Shown here: positions 20,635 through 31,167 of the stretch, piece by piece
Layout: each line of letters opens with the position of its first letter
Position numbering within the stretch: the first letter of the stretch is position 1
NCBI GenBank assembly: GCA_965248695.1
Contig: CBDFKD010000002.1
Location: 2,944,001-3,008,000 of the forward strand
DNA: 64,000 bases
Direction: 5' to 3'
From: Acidobacteriota bacterium
GTDB lineage: Bacteria; Acidobacteriota; UBA890; WLXD01
Notes under the pieces: model-generated
The model's database searches: none
Told to the model about the DNA's origin: nothing
What the model saw: the letters and a program-made list of their open reading frames with translations, nothing else
Translations under genes and position numbers: made by a program

Positions 20635-21012
20635 CTATTCGCGATCCTTCAAGAGCTTGTCGAGCCCGGCAAAGGGGTTCTGGGTGACCGTCGCACGCGT
20701 GCTCTCGCCGAGCTTGCCGCCGGAGGATTCCGCCACCGCATGTCGCGAGTGCTCGTTGTCGTGGCACCAGTAACAGAGCAGCTCCCAGTTGCTTCCGTCG
20801 GGCGGGTTGTTGGTGTGATCGTGGTCCTTGTGGTGCACCGTCAGCTCGCTGAGGTTCTTGCTGTTGAAATCGCGCCCGCAGCTACCGCAGACCCACGGCA
20901 GCAGCTTCAGCGCCCGGCCCCGATAGCTCACATCCCGCTCGGCCCGCGCACGACGACCCTCGGCGACGATCTGCTCGGAACGACTTCGGTCTGGCGGTTT
21001 CGGCGCTGACAT
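20635..21012 (-). CDS. yajD: YajD-like HNH nuclease family protein
   Basis: YRGRALKLLPWVCGSCGR, VHHKDHDHTNNPPDGSNWELLCYWCHDNEH, NPFAGL. Confidence 0.82.
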   Translation of the reverse strand: MSAPKPPDRSRSEQIVAEGRRARAERDVSYRGRALKLLPWVCGSCGRDFNSKNLSELTVHHKDHDHTNNPPDGSNWELLCYWCHDNEHSRHAVAESSGGKLGESTRATVTQNPFAGLDKLLKDRE

Positions 21013-21238
21013 CGACAATGGCCCTGCTATCGAGGTAGGGGATCATAAGCTTGGCACGGGATTGTGCCGACGTGTTGAATCTCGACAGCGCCTTCGACAG
21101 CACCGCGGGACCCGACGCTCCCGCGAGTCGAACCGTCGCCTTCGCCAGCTGCCTACCCTGCGCGACCCGGTCTGGCCGATCCACAGCCAACCTGGCACCA
21201 TCCCGCCATCCGCGAACGACTCCTGACAGAGGCACCTC

Positions 21239-22129
21239 ATGGGCGACAAGCGACTCACGGCCAACGATTTTCCGAAGGAAGTTCTCTCCCTGTTCGATCG
21301 TTATGTCCACGGCATCATCGATCGCCGCGCCTTCCTCGAGGGAGCCGGGAAATTCGCCTTCGGCAGCATGACGGCGCTGGCGATGCTGCGCAGCCTGAGC
21401 CCGCGCTACGCCCAGGCGCAACAGGTGGCCCCCGACGACGAGCGCATACGCACCAGCTACCTGGAGTACGCATCGCCCAACGGCGCCGGCAACATGCGCG
21501 GCTACTTGGCCCGCCCGGCCGGCGACGGCAAGAAACCGGCGGTACTGGTGATACACGAAAATCGCGGACTGAACCCATACGTCGAGGACGTCGTGCGACG
21601 CCTCGCCGTCGCCGACTTCATCGCCTTCGGTCCGGACGCCCTGTTTCCCCTCGGCGGATATCCCGGGAACGACGACGAGGGCCGAGTCTTGCAGCGGCAG
21701 CGTGATCGCGACGAGATGATGGAAGACTTCGTCGCCGCGGCGGAATTGCTCGCCGACGACGAGGGCTCGACGGGCCGCGTCGGCGCTGTCGGTTTTTGCT
21801 TCGGCGGAGGCGTCGTCAACTATCTGGCAACCCGGCTGCCGGGGCTCGGGGCCGGAGTGCCGTTCTACGGATCCCAGCCACCTGCCGAGGAAGTGGCAAA
21901 GATCCAGGCCCCGCTCATGATTCAGCTAGCCGGCTTGGACGAGCGCGTCAACGCCGGATGGCCGGCCTACAAGGAAGGTCTCGACGAGCATGGCAAGACG
22001 TACACGATGCACATGTACGACAACGCCAACCACGGCTTCCACAACGACACCACGCCCCGTTTCGATGCAGCCGCGGCGAAGCTGGCGGAGGATCGTACGG
22101 TTGCTTTCTTCAACCAACATCTGCGATAG
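21239..22129 (+). CDS. Dienelactone hydrolase family protein (YghX-like)
   Basis: [15 protein letters not shown] leader, [16 protein letters not shown] nucleophile, [10 protein letters not shown]. Confidence 0.9.
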   Translation: MGDKRLTANDFPKEVLSLFDRYVHGIIDRRAFLEGAGKFAFGSMTALAMLRSLSPRYAQAQQVAPDDERIRTSYLEYASPNGAGNMRGYLARPAGDGKKPAVLVIHENRGLNPYVEDVVRRLAVADFIAFGPDALFPLGGYPGNDDEGRVLQRQRDRDEMMEDFVAAAELLADDEGSTGRVGAVGFCFGGGVVNYLATRLPGLGAGVPFYGSQPPAEEVAKIQAPLMIQLAGLDERVNAGWPAYKEGLDEHGKTYTMHMYDNANHGFHNDTTPRFDAAAAKLAEDRTVAFFNQHLR

Positions 22130-22138
22130 GTCGCGACC

Positions 22139-23044
22139 GTGAGGGTGCTTGGAGCGGCGGTGCTCGGAGTGGTGGTGCTCGCTGGCACTGGCCTGGCTCC
22201 TGTCTCCTCCGACGACGGCAGCATCGTGTTCAGCTCCGAGCGTGACGGTAACGCTGAGATCTACCGGATGAATCAGGACGGCTCCGGGCTCACGCGGCTG
22301 ACTCACGACCCGGCCGAGGACTCCCTTCCCTACTGTTCGCCCGATGGCTCCCGCATCGTCTTCTCTTCGGACCGCGAGCGGACGCGGCAGCTCTATCTCG
22401 TCGATCTCGACGGCAGCAACCTGATCCGCCTGACGCACAACGACATCAACAACAACTCGCCCTCCTGGTCGCCCGACGGCAGCAGGATCGCCTACAGCTC
22501 AGGGGGCAACGCATCGCCGTCGAACCTCTTCACCATCCGACCCGATGGTTCGGAGGAGCGTCAGATAACGGATCGATCCGGGTACAACTTCCTGTCCCCG
22601 ACCTGGTCTCCCGACGGCCTCAAGCTCGCGGCCGAAGGCGGACAGCTGGGCGAGACCATCGCCACCGAGTGGGGCGAGGCCGGACGAATGCAGATCTGGA
22701 CGTTCAACGCCGACGGCTCGGACCCGGCCCAGGTAACGCAACTGGACGCGTACAACGGCTACCCGGCATGGTCACCGACCGGATCGAGCATCGTCTTCGA
22801 TTCGACCTTGGAAGGCTGGGCCGACATCCTGTCGGTGAACCTGGCTGATCAGAGCGTCACCAATCTCACCCAGGATCCGCGCTCCAGCGAGTTCGCCGCC
22901 TGGTCACCGGACGGCTCGAGGATCGCATTTGTCGCCGACCGGGATGGCAACAACGAAATCTACGTGATGGATGCGAATGGTCAGAACCAGACCCGGATCA
23001 CACACCACGGCGCGCATGACTCCGGACCGGCCTGGTGCCGCTAG
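22139..23044 (+). CDS. TolB-like PD40-repeat secreted protein
   Basis: Repeated PxWSPDGxxIxF and DGNxEIYxM units; signal peptide. Confidence 0.88.
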   Translation: MRVLGAAVLGVVVLAGTGLAPVSSDDGSIVFSSERDGNAEIYRMNQDGSGLTRLTHDPAEDSLPYCSPDGSRIVFSSDRERTRQLYLVDLDGSNLIRLTHNDINNNSPSWSPDGSRIAYSSGGNASPSNLFTIRPDGSEERQITDRSGYNFLSPTWSPDGLKLAAEGGQLGETIATEWGEAGRMQIWTFNADGSDPAQVTQLDAYNGYPAWSPTGSSIVFDSTLEGWADILSVNLADQSVTNLTQDPRSSEFAAWSPDGSRIAFVADRDGNNEIYVMDANGQNQTRITHHGAHDSGPAWCR

Positions 23045-23424
23045 CCCTGGAGGAAACGCTGCCTGAGGCTACCGATGCTCGAGAGGCCACCGTCTTCATC
23101 ACGGAACTGCCAGAAGGCCCAACCGTTGCTCGATAGCCGATGAGATTCGGTGCCCAGTAGCTCCGAACAGGTGCTGCGAGCGTGGCTCGCTGCCGAGGAC
23201 AAGGTGCAAAAGCACCGGCCCATACAGGTCACGGTGCCGTCGAGCTCGATCTGAGCGCTCAACCGCCGGTCGAGGTACACTCTCTCGAGCTTCATCGGCG
23301 GATCGATGAATCCTGCTGCGATCAGCCCGCTCACGGAGACGCCCAGTTGCTTCGACACCGTTACCGTCCTGGAAAGTCCGCGTCGATCGGTGGCATTGCC
23401 GAGCCTTCTCGGACGCGCAGACAC
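23041..23424 (-). CDS. Stand-alone RAMA (modified-DNA reader) domain protein
   Basis: LIAAGFI-x-P...A-x-I-x-x-DG-x-V...F-x-TLSSAA...NGWAFW...SIGSLR pattern; start uncertain. Confidence 0.65.
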   Translation of the reverse strand: MSARPRRLGNATDRRGLSRTVTVSKQLGVSVSGLIAAGFIDPPMKLERVYLDRRLSAQIELDGTVTCMGRCFCTLSSAASHARSTCSELLGTESHRLSSNGWAFWQFRDEDGGLSSIGSLRQRFLQG

Positions 23425-23495
23425 AGGTCAGTTGAGCTGCAGCACGCCGTTTGAACGGCCAGTATACGACGCCGCGTCGGCGCTGCCGGCAGCTT

Positions 23496-24794
23496 TTAGC
23501 TTCGGCGACGCGGCCGCGCCGAAGCGCGCGGGCGGCGGCGGCTCCGATGCTGCCGCGGACGCGTCCCGTCATTGGATCGCGAGGGCACGTGTCCGCCGCG
23601 TCCCGGTGCCCGCCGAGTCGAGCGGCGCCGGTCGCTCGGTTCCGAGGAATCAGGCTCGAAGCCTTCCACGATCCGCCGCGGAATCGAGTCGCCCAGCTTA
23701 CGCTCGGTAGCGCGCAGCCATGCGCCGTCATCTCGCGTCACGAAGGTCAACGCCCTTCCCTCGCGTTCGGCACGCCCGGTGCGGCCAATACGGTGGGTGT
23801 AGGCATCGGGTGTACTCGGCACGTCGAAATTGATGACGTGCGACACGCCGATCACGTCGATCCCTCGGGCCGCGATATCGGTGGCGACCAGAACGTCGAA
23901 TCGGCGCTTGCGGAATCCCTGCATGGCACGGTCCCGCTGTGATTGCGACATGTTGCCTTGCAGGCCGACAGCGCGGTGACCGGCGCGGTCGAGCTGCTGC
24001 GCCAGGCGGCGTGCCCGATGCTTGGTGCGTGTGAAAACGATGGCCGACTTGCAGGCGTCTTCCGCCAGGATCCGCTCGAGCAGATCGCGCTTGCGATCCT
24101 CGCGTACCGACACCATGGCGTGATCAATGGTCTCCGCGGGACCAGAATGCGCCAGCTCCACAACTTGCGGATTCCGCAGCAGACCATCGGCAAGCGACCG
24201 GATCTCGGCCGGCATGGTGGCGGAAAACAGCAGGTTCTGGCGCTTCGCTGGCAGTGTCTTCAGGATGCGTCGGAGGTCCGGCAGGAAGCCCATGTCGAAC
24301 ATATGGTCCGCCTCGTCGAGGACGACGCTCTCTACCTTGTCGAGGTGAAGCTCCCCGCGCCCCATCAGATCCAGGATGCGACCCGGACAGCCGACGACGA
24401 TCTCCGGATGCCGGCGTAGGGCCTGGATCTGGCGATGGGCGGACACGCCGCCAAAGACCGTCACCGCTCGCAGCTGGGTGAAGCGCGCCAAGGTGCGCAT
24501 CTCCTCATGAATCTGTGTCGCAAGCTCGCGCGTCGGCGCCAGCACGAGCACGCGCGGGCCACGACGGCGCTCGCGGGCGAGTCGGTGCAGCAGGGGTAGC
24601 GCGAAAGCGGCCGTCTTGCCGGTGCCCGTCTGCGCCAGGCCAAGCACGTCACGACCCGCAAGGGCGGCGGGAATCGTCTGGAGTTGGATGGCGCGAGGCT
24701 GGGTGAAGCCAGCAGCGACGACGCCACGAAGAATGGAGGAATCGAGGCCGAACCGGTCAAAGCCGGTAGGCGAGTTTGTAGCGCTTGCAGTCAT
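23496..24794 (-). CDS. DEAD-box RNA helicase (RhlE-like)
   Basis: Q motif, AQTGTGKT, PTRELA, DEAD, SAT, ARGID, HRIGRTGR, Arg-rich tail. Confidence 0.95.
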   Translation of the reverse strand: MTASATNSPTGFDRFGLDSSILRGVVAAGFTQPRAIQLQTIPAALAGRDVLGLAQTGTGKTAAFALPLLHRLARERRRGPRVLVLAPTRELATQIHEEMRTLARFTQLRAVTVFGGVSAHRQIQALRRHPEIVVGCPGRILDLMGRGELHLDKVESVVLDEADHMFDMGFLPDLRRILKTLPAKRQNLLFSATMPAEIRSLADGLLRNPQVVELAHSGPAETIDHAMVSVREDRKRDLLERILAEDACKSAIVFTRTKHRARRLAQQLDRAGHRAVGLQGNMSQSQRDRAMQGFRKRRFDVLVATDIAARGIDVIGVSHVINFDVPSTPDAYTHRIGRTGRAEREGRALTFVTRDDGAWLRATERKLGDSIPRRIVEGFEPDSSEPSDRRRSTRRAPGRGGHVPSRSNDGTRPRQHRSRRRPRASARPRRRS

Positions 24795-25150
24795 GAAAAG
24801 AGTTGAGTCTCCACCGTGTCGGCGCGCACTGTTGGCACACCGCGGTCGTTGCGGTTCTGCCCGCACAACAGACCGAGGCAGATCGAGTGATTGGCGGCGT
24901 GACCTCGGGAAGTGGCCGGTGAGGTCCTGTTGTCGCCGCGATTGGGTCGTAGACCCGCGTCACACACTTGGTCGGCGTGACGCCGCCCAGCCCGCCACTC
25001 CGGGCTCCGGGCCGGCTACCGAGTCGCTGACGCCGTTGGCGAGCAGCACATCTCGATGGCCGTCAACTGAAATCCTAGCACTAACACATCGAGCGGGTGC
25101 GACACGAATCGACTGCCCGGCCCATTTTTTTGCGCGTGTCGCGGCCGTTG

Positions 25151-27157
25151 CTAGCGCACGAGCGTGCCGAGCAACCGATTGATCGCCGTTATTGTCCCCT
25201 CGGGACCGGCGAGCTCCGCACATTCGTCACAGGCCCAGACCTTGGCCATACGAATCGAGATCAGGCCGTGCGGATACATGATTACCTGGTTGGAGCCGGC
25301 GCCGAACGCCCCCGGGAGATAGACCACCGCGGCGCCGGCGAGATCGACGTGCGGAGTGAGGTGGAAGCTCATCTTGTAGAGTTCCTCACCCGCCGCGCGC
25401 GGAACGGGCGCGCCAGCCTCGAAAGCCGCCTGAACGGAGAGGTCTGCTGCTTTGGTGATGGCCCCCGCGGTGGTGAAGATCCCGGCCATCACCTCCCGGT
25501 GCAGGAGCTGCACACCTTCGTGCTCGCCGAGGTTCTGATACAGCGTGAAGATCTTGGCAACATCATCGAGGGTTACGTAGACGCCGGCATGAAACCAAGG
25601 CAGCCCTCTCGCACCATCGGCCTCGCGTGTCCTGACGATGGGCGCGTGATGAACGCCGATCGGTGCGAGCACATCTTGCTGCAGCATCTCCCAGATGTCC
25701 GCTTCCGGCCCCCTGACCGACTTGAGGAAACCGTCCGCAGCAGCGCCGAGAAGATGATAATCGCGGTCGCGGTAGCGCATGATGATGCCGGGACCCCAGG
25801 GATAGGGTGAGCCATCCTGGGTGATCCGGGCGATCTTGTCGGCGTTCGAGAACGCGCCGTTGTACCAATCGTTGTAGGTGTCCTCAGTGTAGCCGTCGCC
25901 GGTGTTGTTGGGGTTGGTCGAGGGGCTGCCCTGCCCACCCATGCCGGTGGCCATGTTAGCGGCGTCGATGAAGCGAACGTCGTCGTATTCCGGATCGAGC
26001 CCCGGGACATAATCGCCGATCTTCAGGTTGAGCACATAGGGGCCGTAGACTTGCGCCAGCCGTCCGAGCGCCAGCGGCGCGGTAATCGACTTGGTCACCG
26101 ATCGGGGCCCGAAGCGCATCTCTTCCGGGTACGGGTAGTCGCCGAAGCGTGTCCGTGACCCTTGGTGATAGATCACGCCGTCGCGCACCAGAGCCTTGGC
26201 GACCACGTAGTCGTCCGGCAGCGGACCACCGAAGCGGTCGAGCGTTCCTTCGGGCAGCCCTTCTTGGACGACAGAGACCAGGAGCTCGTTCCACGCTCGC
26301 AGCGGCAGCCGGTCGGCCAGCTCCCGGTCGACTCGGGCTCGCTCCGTTTCGAGATCGATGACCGCTCCCGACTCGAACGACGCCGGCGCAACGCCCCAGG
26401 CGACAAAGTGCACCGGGATGTTCCATGGCGCCGTCTGCTGGACGAACTGGAACCTCACGTCGGTGACCTCGTCCCCCCGGTACAGCAGGCTCGCCAGGCC
26501 CTGATGGGCATGGTTTTCCATGTCGTGCACCAGCATCAGAGCAAAGGCGGCGCGCGCCCAGTCACCGTCACCCGGCTGCCGCCACACACGACCGTACTGG
26601 GGAATCAACTTCCAGTAGCTGCTGGCGTCGCCACGACTTCGATCTCCAAGCATCTCGCCGATCTGAACCGCGGCGAGAACATCGCCGGTGGTAAACAGGT
26701 CGAGGCTGATCGCGGGAAACAGACGCTTGTCATACCCGCCCCGGCAGGATCCGCCCACCTCGACCTCCGAGCCGTCGCAGATCGGCTGGGGGATCTGGGG
26801 CTCGAACAGCATCGTCGCCTGTTCGAGAGTCAGCCGCCCGGTCAGGGCCGGAGCCGGCATGGCGTCGGCAGGCGGATAGAATGCGGCGTTACCGGCAGGC
26901 GCCTCCAGCTGACTACTCGAGAGCATCGTTTCGAGCGGTAGCGGCGAGCCCGTCAAGACCGGCGACGTCTCCTCGGTCGGATCTTCGAGCGGCGCATCGG
27001 CAGCGCGCCCACCCCGGGGTTCCGCCGCGCCACAGGCAATCAGCGACGCGGCCACCAGCAACGCGAGGATGGCAGGCGAAGCGCCAAAGGCGGCGGCCCC
27101 GACGATGTCGCTCCGGCACGACGGGTCGAGCAGGCGCTGCGCGATGCGGGTCAGCAT
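25151..27157 (-). CDS. Serine hydrolase (class C beta-lactamase-like fold) with N-terminal extension, probable lipoprotein
   Basis: SxxK motif RSVTKS, LKIGDYVP, NMATG, PG-x-x-x-RY, lipobox-like LIAC; start uncertain. Confidence 0.65.
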   Translation of the reverse strand: MLTRIAQRLLDPSCRSDIVGAAAFGASPAILALLVAASLIACGAAEPRGGRAADAPLEDPTEETSPVLTGSPLPLETMLSSSQLEAPAGNAAFYPPADAMPAPALTGRLTLEQATMLFEPQIPQPICDGSEVEVGGSCRGGYDKRLFPAISLDLFTTGDVLAAVQIGEMLGDRSRGDASSYWKLIPQYGRVWRQPGDGDWARAAFALMLVHDMENHAHQGLASLLYRGDEVTDVRFQFVQQTAPWNIPVHFVAWGVAPASFESGAVIDLETERARVDRELADRLPLRAWNELLVSVVQEGLPEGTLDRFGGPLPDDYVVAKALVRDGVIYHQGSRTRFGDYPYPEEMRFGPRSVTKSITAPLALGRLAQVYGPYVLNLKIGDYVPGLDPEYDDVRFIDAANMATGMGGQGSPSTNPNNTGDGYTEDTYNDWYNGAFSNADKIARITQDGSPYPWGPGIIMRYRDRDYHLLGAAADGFLKSVRGPEADIWEMLQQDVLAPIGVHHAPIVRTREADGARGLPWFHAGVYVTLDDVAKIFTLYQNLGEHEGVQLLHREVMAGIFTTAGAITKAADLSVQAAFEAGAPVPRAAGEELYKMSFHLTPHVDLAGAAVVYLPGAFGAGSNQVIMYPHGLISIRMAKVWACDECAELAGPEGTITAINRLLGTLVR

Positions 27158-27341
27158 ATATAGAAGTTGCGACACGGTTCCTCGTGGTCTTGCGACGTCC
27201 GCAGTCTAGCGGACCGCCGGCACCGGGGCGGCTATGGCGATTCCGTCAGTTTCCAACCGAGGTCTATCTACTCCTTGCGGCTTCAGAGGTAAGCTGTTGC
27301 TGTCCAGGCCCAAGCGTTTTTCGAGGCGGAGACCACCGATC

Positions 27342-29777
27342 ATGAGAAGAGCGATGCTGTCGACGCTCGTCCTGATCACAGCCATTGCTCTGCATGCGCC
27401 GACCGCCAGCCCGGCGGCGACCGCCCCCGTACCACCGCCCCAGGACGCCGCGCCCAGCGCAATCATCGACGCCTACTGCGGCTACTGTCATAACCAAGAC
27501 CTGCGCACGGGCGGCCTCGCTCTCGACGAGCTCGATCTCGACGACCTCGGAGCGAATGCCGAGCTCTGGGAGAAGGTGTGGCACAAGCTCCGAACGGGGC
27601 AGATGCCTCCGCCAGAGGTACCGCGACCCGACGACCACACTTTGACCGTGATGGTGGCCTGGCTCGAGTCCGGCCTCGATGAAGCTGCGGCCGTGGACCC
27701 CAACCCCGGCCGGGTCGGCGTCCATCGAATGAACCGCACCGAGTACGGCAACGCCATCCGCGACCTGCTGGGCGTGGAGATCGATGCCAGGACGCTCCTG
27801 CTTGGCGACGAGGCCGATGAGGGCTTCGACAACGTCGCCGAGAGCCTGACGATCTCACCGGCGCATCTGGAGCGTTATCTGTCGGCGGCTCGCAAGATCA
27901 GCCGGCTTGCGGTGGGCGACCCGTCCTTGGGCGCCGTTCCGAGCTCCACGTTGCACCAGATCCCCGTCTTCCTGAATCAGGACGGTCGCGTGAGCGAGGA
28001 TCAGCCGTTCGGATCCCGCGGCGGCGTGGTGGTGCGGCACCACTTCGAGCTGGATGGTGAATACGTCATCAAGGTGTTGCTCAGACGCCAGGTCTACTCC
28101 TACATCGTCGGCCTCGGCGCGGCGCAGCCGCTCGACGTACGCGTCGACGGGAAGCGCGTGGCGCGCTTCTCCGTCGGCGGCGAGGGCGACGAGAAAGGAA
28201 TGGCGGGCCCGTTGACCTGGGCCGGCGAGATCAGGGGAGAACCGGGGTGGGAAGCGTACATGCACTCCGCCGACGCTTCCCTCGAAGCCCGTGTGCCGGT
28301 GCGGGCAGGGGCGCGAAGCGTGTCGGTATCGTTCGTACAGCAACCCCGGGAGCTCGAAGATCTCAGCCAACCCCGACAGCTCGGCTTCGGGTTCATGTCG
28401 GACCAGCTGTACGACGGGTTTGCGGCCATCGACACCGTCGCAATCACGGGTCCCTACTTACCCGAGGGACCTGGCGATACGCGCAGCCGCAGCAAGGTGT
28501 TCGTGTGTCACCCGGCGGACGGGGCCGACGAGGACGACTGCGCCCGTACGATCCTCTCGAAGCTGGCTCGCCGCGCGTATCGTCGGCCGGCTACCGAAGC
28601 CGAGATCCAGACGTTGCTGGATTTCTTCGAGACCGGTAGTGAGATCGGAGGATTCGAAGCCGGGATCCAGGCTGCGATCGAGCGCATGCTGGTGAGCGTC
28701 AACTTCCTGTTGCGAATCGACACCCCTCCTGCAGACGCGGCACCGGGGGGCGCCTATCGGCTCAGCGACGTCGACTTGGCCTCGCGCCTGTCGTTCTTCC
28801 TGTGGAGCAGCATCCCCGACGAGGAGCTTCTCGATCTGGCGATTCGCGGCCAGCTGAGCCAGCCGACCGTTCTCGAACAACAGGTACGCCGCATGCTCGC
28901 CGACCGGCGGTCCAAGACGCTGGTGAACAACTTCGCCGGCCAGTGGCTCGGCTTTCAGAAGGCTGCCGTCTGGCAGCCCGACTCCGAGCGCTACTTCGAC
29001 TTCGACGAGAACCTGCGCCATGCGCTGCTGAAGGAAACCGAGCTCTTCGTCAACAGCCAGCTGCGTGAGGATCGCAGCGTGCTCGATCTGCTGACCGCCG
29101 ACTACACGTTCGTGAACGAGCGTCTGGCGCGCCACTACGAGATTCCGGGCATCGTCGGCGAACGGTTCCGTCGCGTCACCGTCGACGATGGCGTACGTGG
29201 AGGCCTGCTGGGCCAGGGCAGCATCCTGATGACCACGTCCTACCCGGACCGAACAGCGCCAGTCGTCCGCGGACTTTGGATGCTCGAGAACATCCTCGGC
29301 ATGGCCCCTCCGCCGCCGCCGGAGACCGTGCCCGACTTGGAGGAAACAGCAAGTGACGGCCGCATCCTGTCGATGCGGGAACAGATGGAGCGCCATCGCA
29401 AGGACCCCGCCTGCGCCGGCTGCCACATCCGTATGGACCCGCTGGGGTTCGCACTCGAGAACTTCGATGCCATCGGTCGATGGCGCACGACGAGCAACGA
29501 CCTACCGATCGACGCGTCGTCCGTGTTCGCCGACGGCACACCGATCGAGGGGGTGGCAGGGATACGTCGGCTCCTTCAAGCCCACCGTCAGGACTTCGTA
29601 CGGACGTTCACCGCCAAGCTGCTGACCTATGCACTCGGCCGTGGGGTGGAGTACTACGACCATCCGGCGATCCGCAGGATCCTGCGGCAAGCCGAGGCTA
29701 CAGAGTACCGTTGGTCATCAATGATCCTCGGCGTCGTTGACAGCGAGCCGTTCCAGATGGGAAGAAGAGCGTCATGA
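27342..29777 (+). CDS. DUF1592/PSD-domain cytochrome c-like protein
   Basis: CGYCH and CAGCH haem-type motifs, RMNRTEYGNAIRDLLG, LASRLSFFLWSSIPDEEL, VNERLARHY, DPLGFALENFDAIGRWR. Confidence 0.92.
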   Translation: MRRAMLSTLVLITAIALHAPTASPAATAPVPPPQDAAPSAIIDAYCGYCHNQDLRTGGLALDELDLDDLGANAELWEKVWHKLRTGQMPPPEVPRPDDHTLTVMVAWLESGLDEAAAVDPNPGRVGVHRMNRTEYGNAIRDLLGVEIDARTLLLGDEADEGFDNVAESLTISPAHLERYLSAARKISRLAVGDPSLGAVPSSTLHQIPVFLNQDGRVSEDQPFGSRGGVVVRHHFELDGEYVIKVLLRRQVYSYIVGLGAAQPLDVRVDGKRVARFSVGGEGDEKGMAGPLTWAGEIRGEPGWEAYMHSADASLEARVPVRAGARSVSVSFVQQPRELEDLSQPRQLGFGFMSDQLYDGFAAIDTVAITGPYLPEGPGDTRSRSKVFVCHPADGADEDDCARTILSKLARRAYRRPATEAEIQTLLDFFETGSEIGGFEAGIQAAIERMLVSVNFLLRIDTPPADAAPGGAYRLSDVDLASRLSFFLWSSIPDEELLDLAIRGQLSQPTVLEQQVRRMLADRRSKTLVNNFAGQWLGFQKAAVWQPDSERYFDFDENLRHALLKETELFVNSQLREDRSVLDLLTADYTFVNERLARHYEIPGIVGERFRRVTVDDGVRGGLLGQGSILMTTSYPDRTAPVVRGLWMLENILGMAPPPPPETVPDLEETASDGRILSMREQMERHRKDPACAGCHIRMDPLGFALENFDAIGRWRTTSNDLPIDASSVFADGTPIEGVAGIRRLLQAHRQDFVRTFTAKLLTYALGRGVEYYDHPAIRRILRQAEATEYRWSSMILGVVDSEPFQMGRRAS

Positions 29778-31111
29778 TCCTCGCCAAGAAGGCAATTCCT
29801 CGACGCACGCTGCTGCGCGGGCTCGGCGCCACGGTGGCGCTGCCCTTGCTCGACGCCATGGTCCCGGCTGCGACCGCGCTGGCGCAGACGGCCGCCGGGC
29901 CGATCCGACGCTTCGGGGCGGTCTACGTGCCGAACGGCGTGATCCCGGATCGCTGGTTCCCCTCGACCACCGGTTCGGCGTTCGATTTCTCGTACGCCCT
30001 GAAGCCGCTCGAGCCATATCGCCAACAGCTCAAGATCCTCGGCGGGCTCGACAGCGATCCGGTGCGGCCGCCCGGTGCACCGGGGGCCGTGCACGCCCGC
30101 GCTAGCACCAAGTTCCTGACCAACGTCCACCCCAGCCGCGCGCTCAAGGCCGGCATCTCGATGGATCAGCTTGCCGCCCGTGAGCTCGGACGCACGACGC
30201 AGTTGCCGTCGCTCGAGCTCGCCCTGGACGCCGTTGACGCTGCCGCAACCTGCGACGATGGGAGCTGCATCTACACAGGCACGATCTCGTGGGCCGGGCC
30301 GACGTCCCCGCTGCCCATGGAGACGGATCCGGCGGCGGTCTTCGAGCGACTGTTCGGTGAGGACACCACCGACCCGGCGGCACGCCGCGCCAGCGCGCTG
30401 CGCAAGACCAGCATCCTCGACTCGGTGCTCGGCGAGATCTCCTTGCTCCGCAACCGGGTCGGCCCGAGCGATCAGGCGCGGCTGAGCGGCTATCTCGACA
30501 GCGTCCGGGCGGTGGAACAGCGCATCCAGCGAGCCGTGCAGCAGAACGTCGAGCTGCCGGCGTTCGACCGGCCGGCCGGCGTCCCCGGGGACTATGCCGA
30601 GCACGCGAAGTTAATGTTCGACCTGCAGGTGCTGGCGTATCAGGCCGACATCACCCGCGTCTGCACCTTCATGATGGGTCGGGAATTCAACGGCCGAACC
30701 TATCCCGAGATCGGTGTACCGGATGCGCACCACCCGATCTCGCACCATCGCAACGACCCCGACAAGATGGACAAGTGTGCGCAGATCAACCGCTACCACA
30801 CGAGTCTTTTCACCCATCTGATGGACCGGCTCGCCGAGACACCCGACGGCGACGGATCGCTGCTGGATCAGGTGGTTATCAAGTTCGGCGCCGGCATGAA
30901 CGACGGCAACAGTCATGCGGTCAAGGACCTGCCGATCGTGATCGCCGGCGGCGGCGCGGGTCGTCTCGAGGGCGGGCACTGCCTCCGCTACCCGGAGGGA
31001 ACTCCGCTCGCCAACCTGCACGTTGCGCTCCTCGACAAGCTCGGCGTATCGGTCGAGAGCTTCGGCAACAGCACGGAGCGCCTCGAGCTCGGGTACCTGG
31101 ACGGGGTCTAG
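29774..31111 (+). CDS. DUF1552 (HXXSHH) protein with Tat-like leader
   Basis: RRTLLRGLGATVALPLLDAM, YVPNG, HHPISHH, GSLLD, TPLANL; ATGA overlap with upstream gene. Confidence 0.92.
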   Translation: MILAKKAIPRRTLLRGLGATVALPLLDAMVPAATALAQTAAGPIRRFGAVYVPNGVIPDRWFPSTTGSAFDFSYALKPLEPYRQQLKILGGLDSDPVRPPGAPGAVHARASTKFLTNVHPSRALKAGISMDQLAARELGRTTQLPSLELALDAVDAAATCDDGSCIYTGTISWAGPTSPLPMETDPAAVFERLFGEDTTDPAARRASALRKTSILDSVLGEISLLRNRVGPSDQARLSGYLDSVRAVEQRIQRAVQQNVELPAFDRPAGVPGDYAEHAKLMFDLQVLAYQADITRVCTFMMGREFNGRTYPEIGVPDAHHPISHHRNDPDKMDKCAQINRYHTSLFTHLMDRLAETPDGDGSLLDQVVIKFGAGMNDGNSHAVKDLPIVIAGGGAGRLEGGHCLRYPEGTPLANLHVALLDKLGVSVESFGNSTERLELGYLDGV

Positions 31112-31167
31112 TGGCCTGTACCGGGTCAGACCAACACCGCCCAGAGCGAAAACGGCTACTTCGACAC

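Noticed and set aside
25151-27157. Antibiotic-resistance beta-lactamase
   Set aside because: Only the SxxK fold motif is seen. The long N-terminal extension and divergence fit a generic serine hydrolase.
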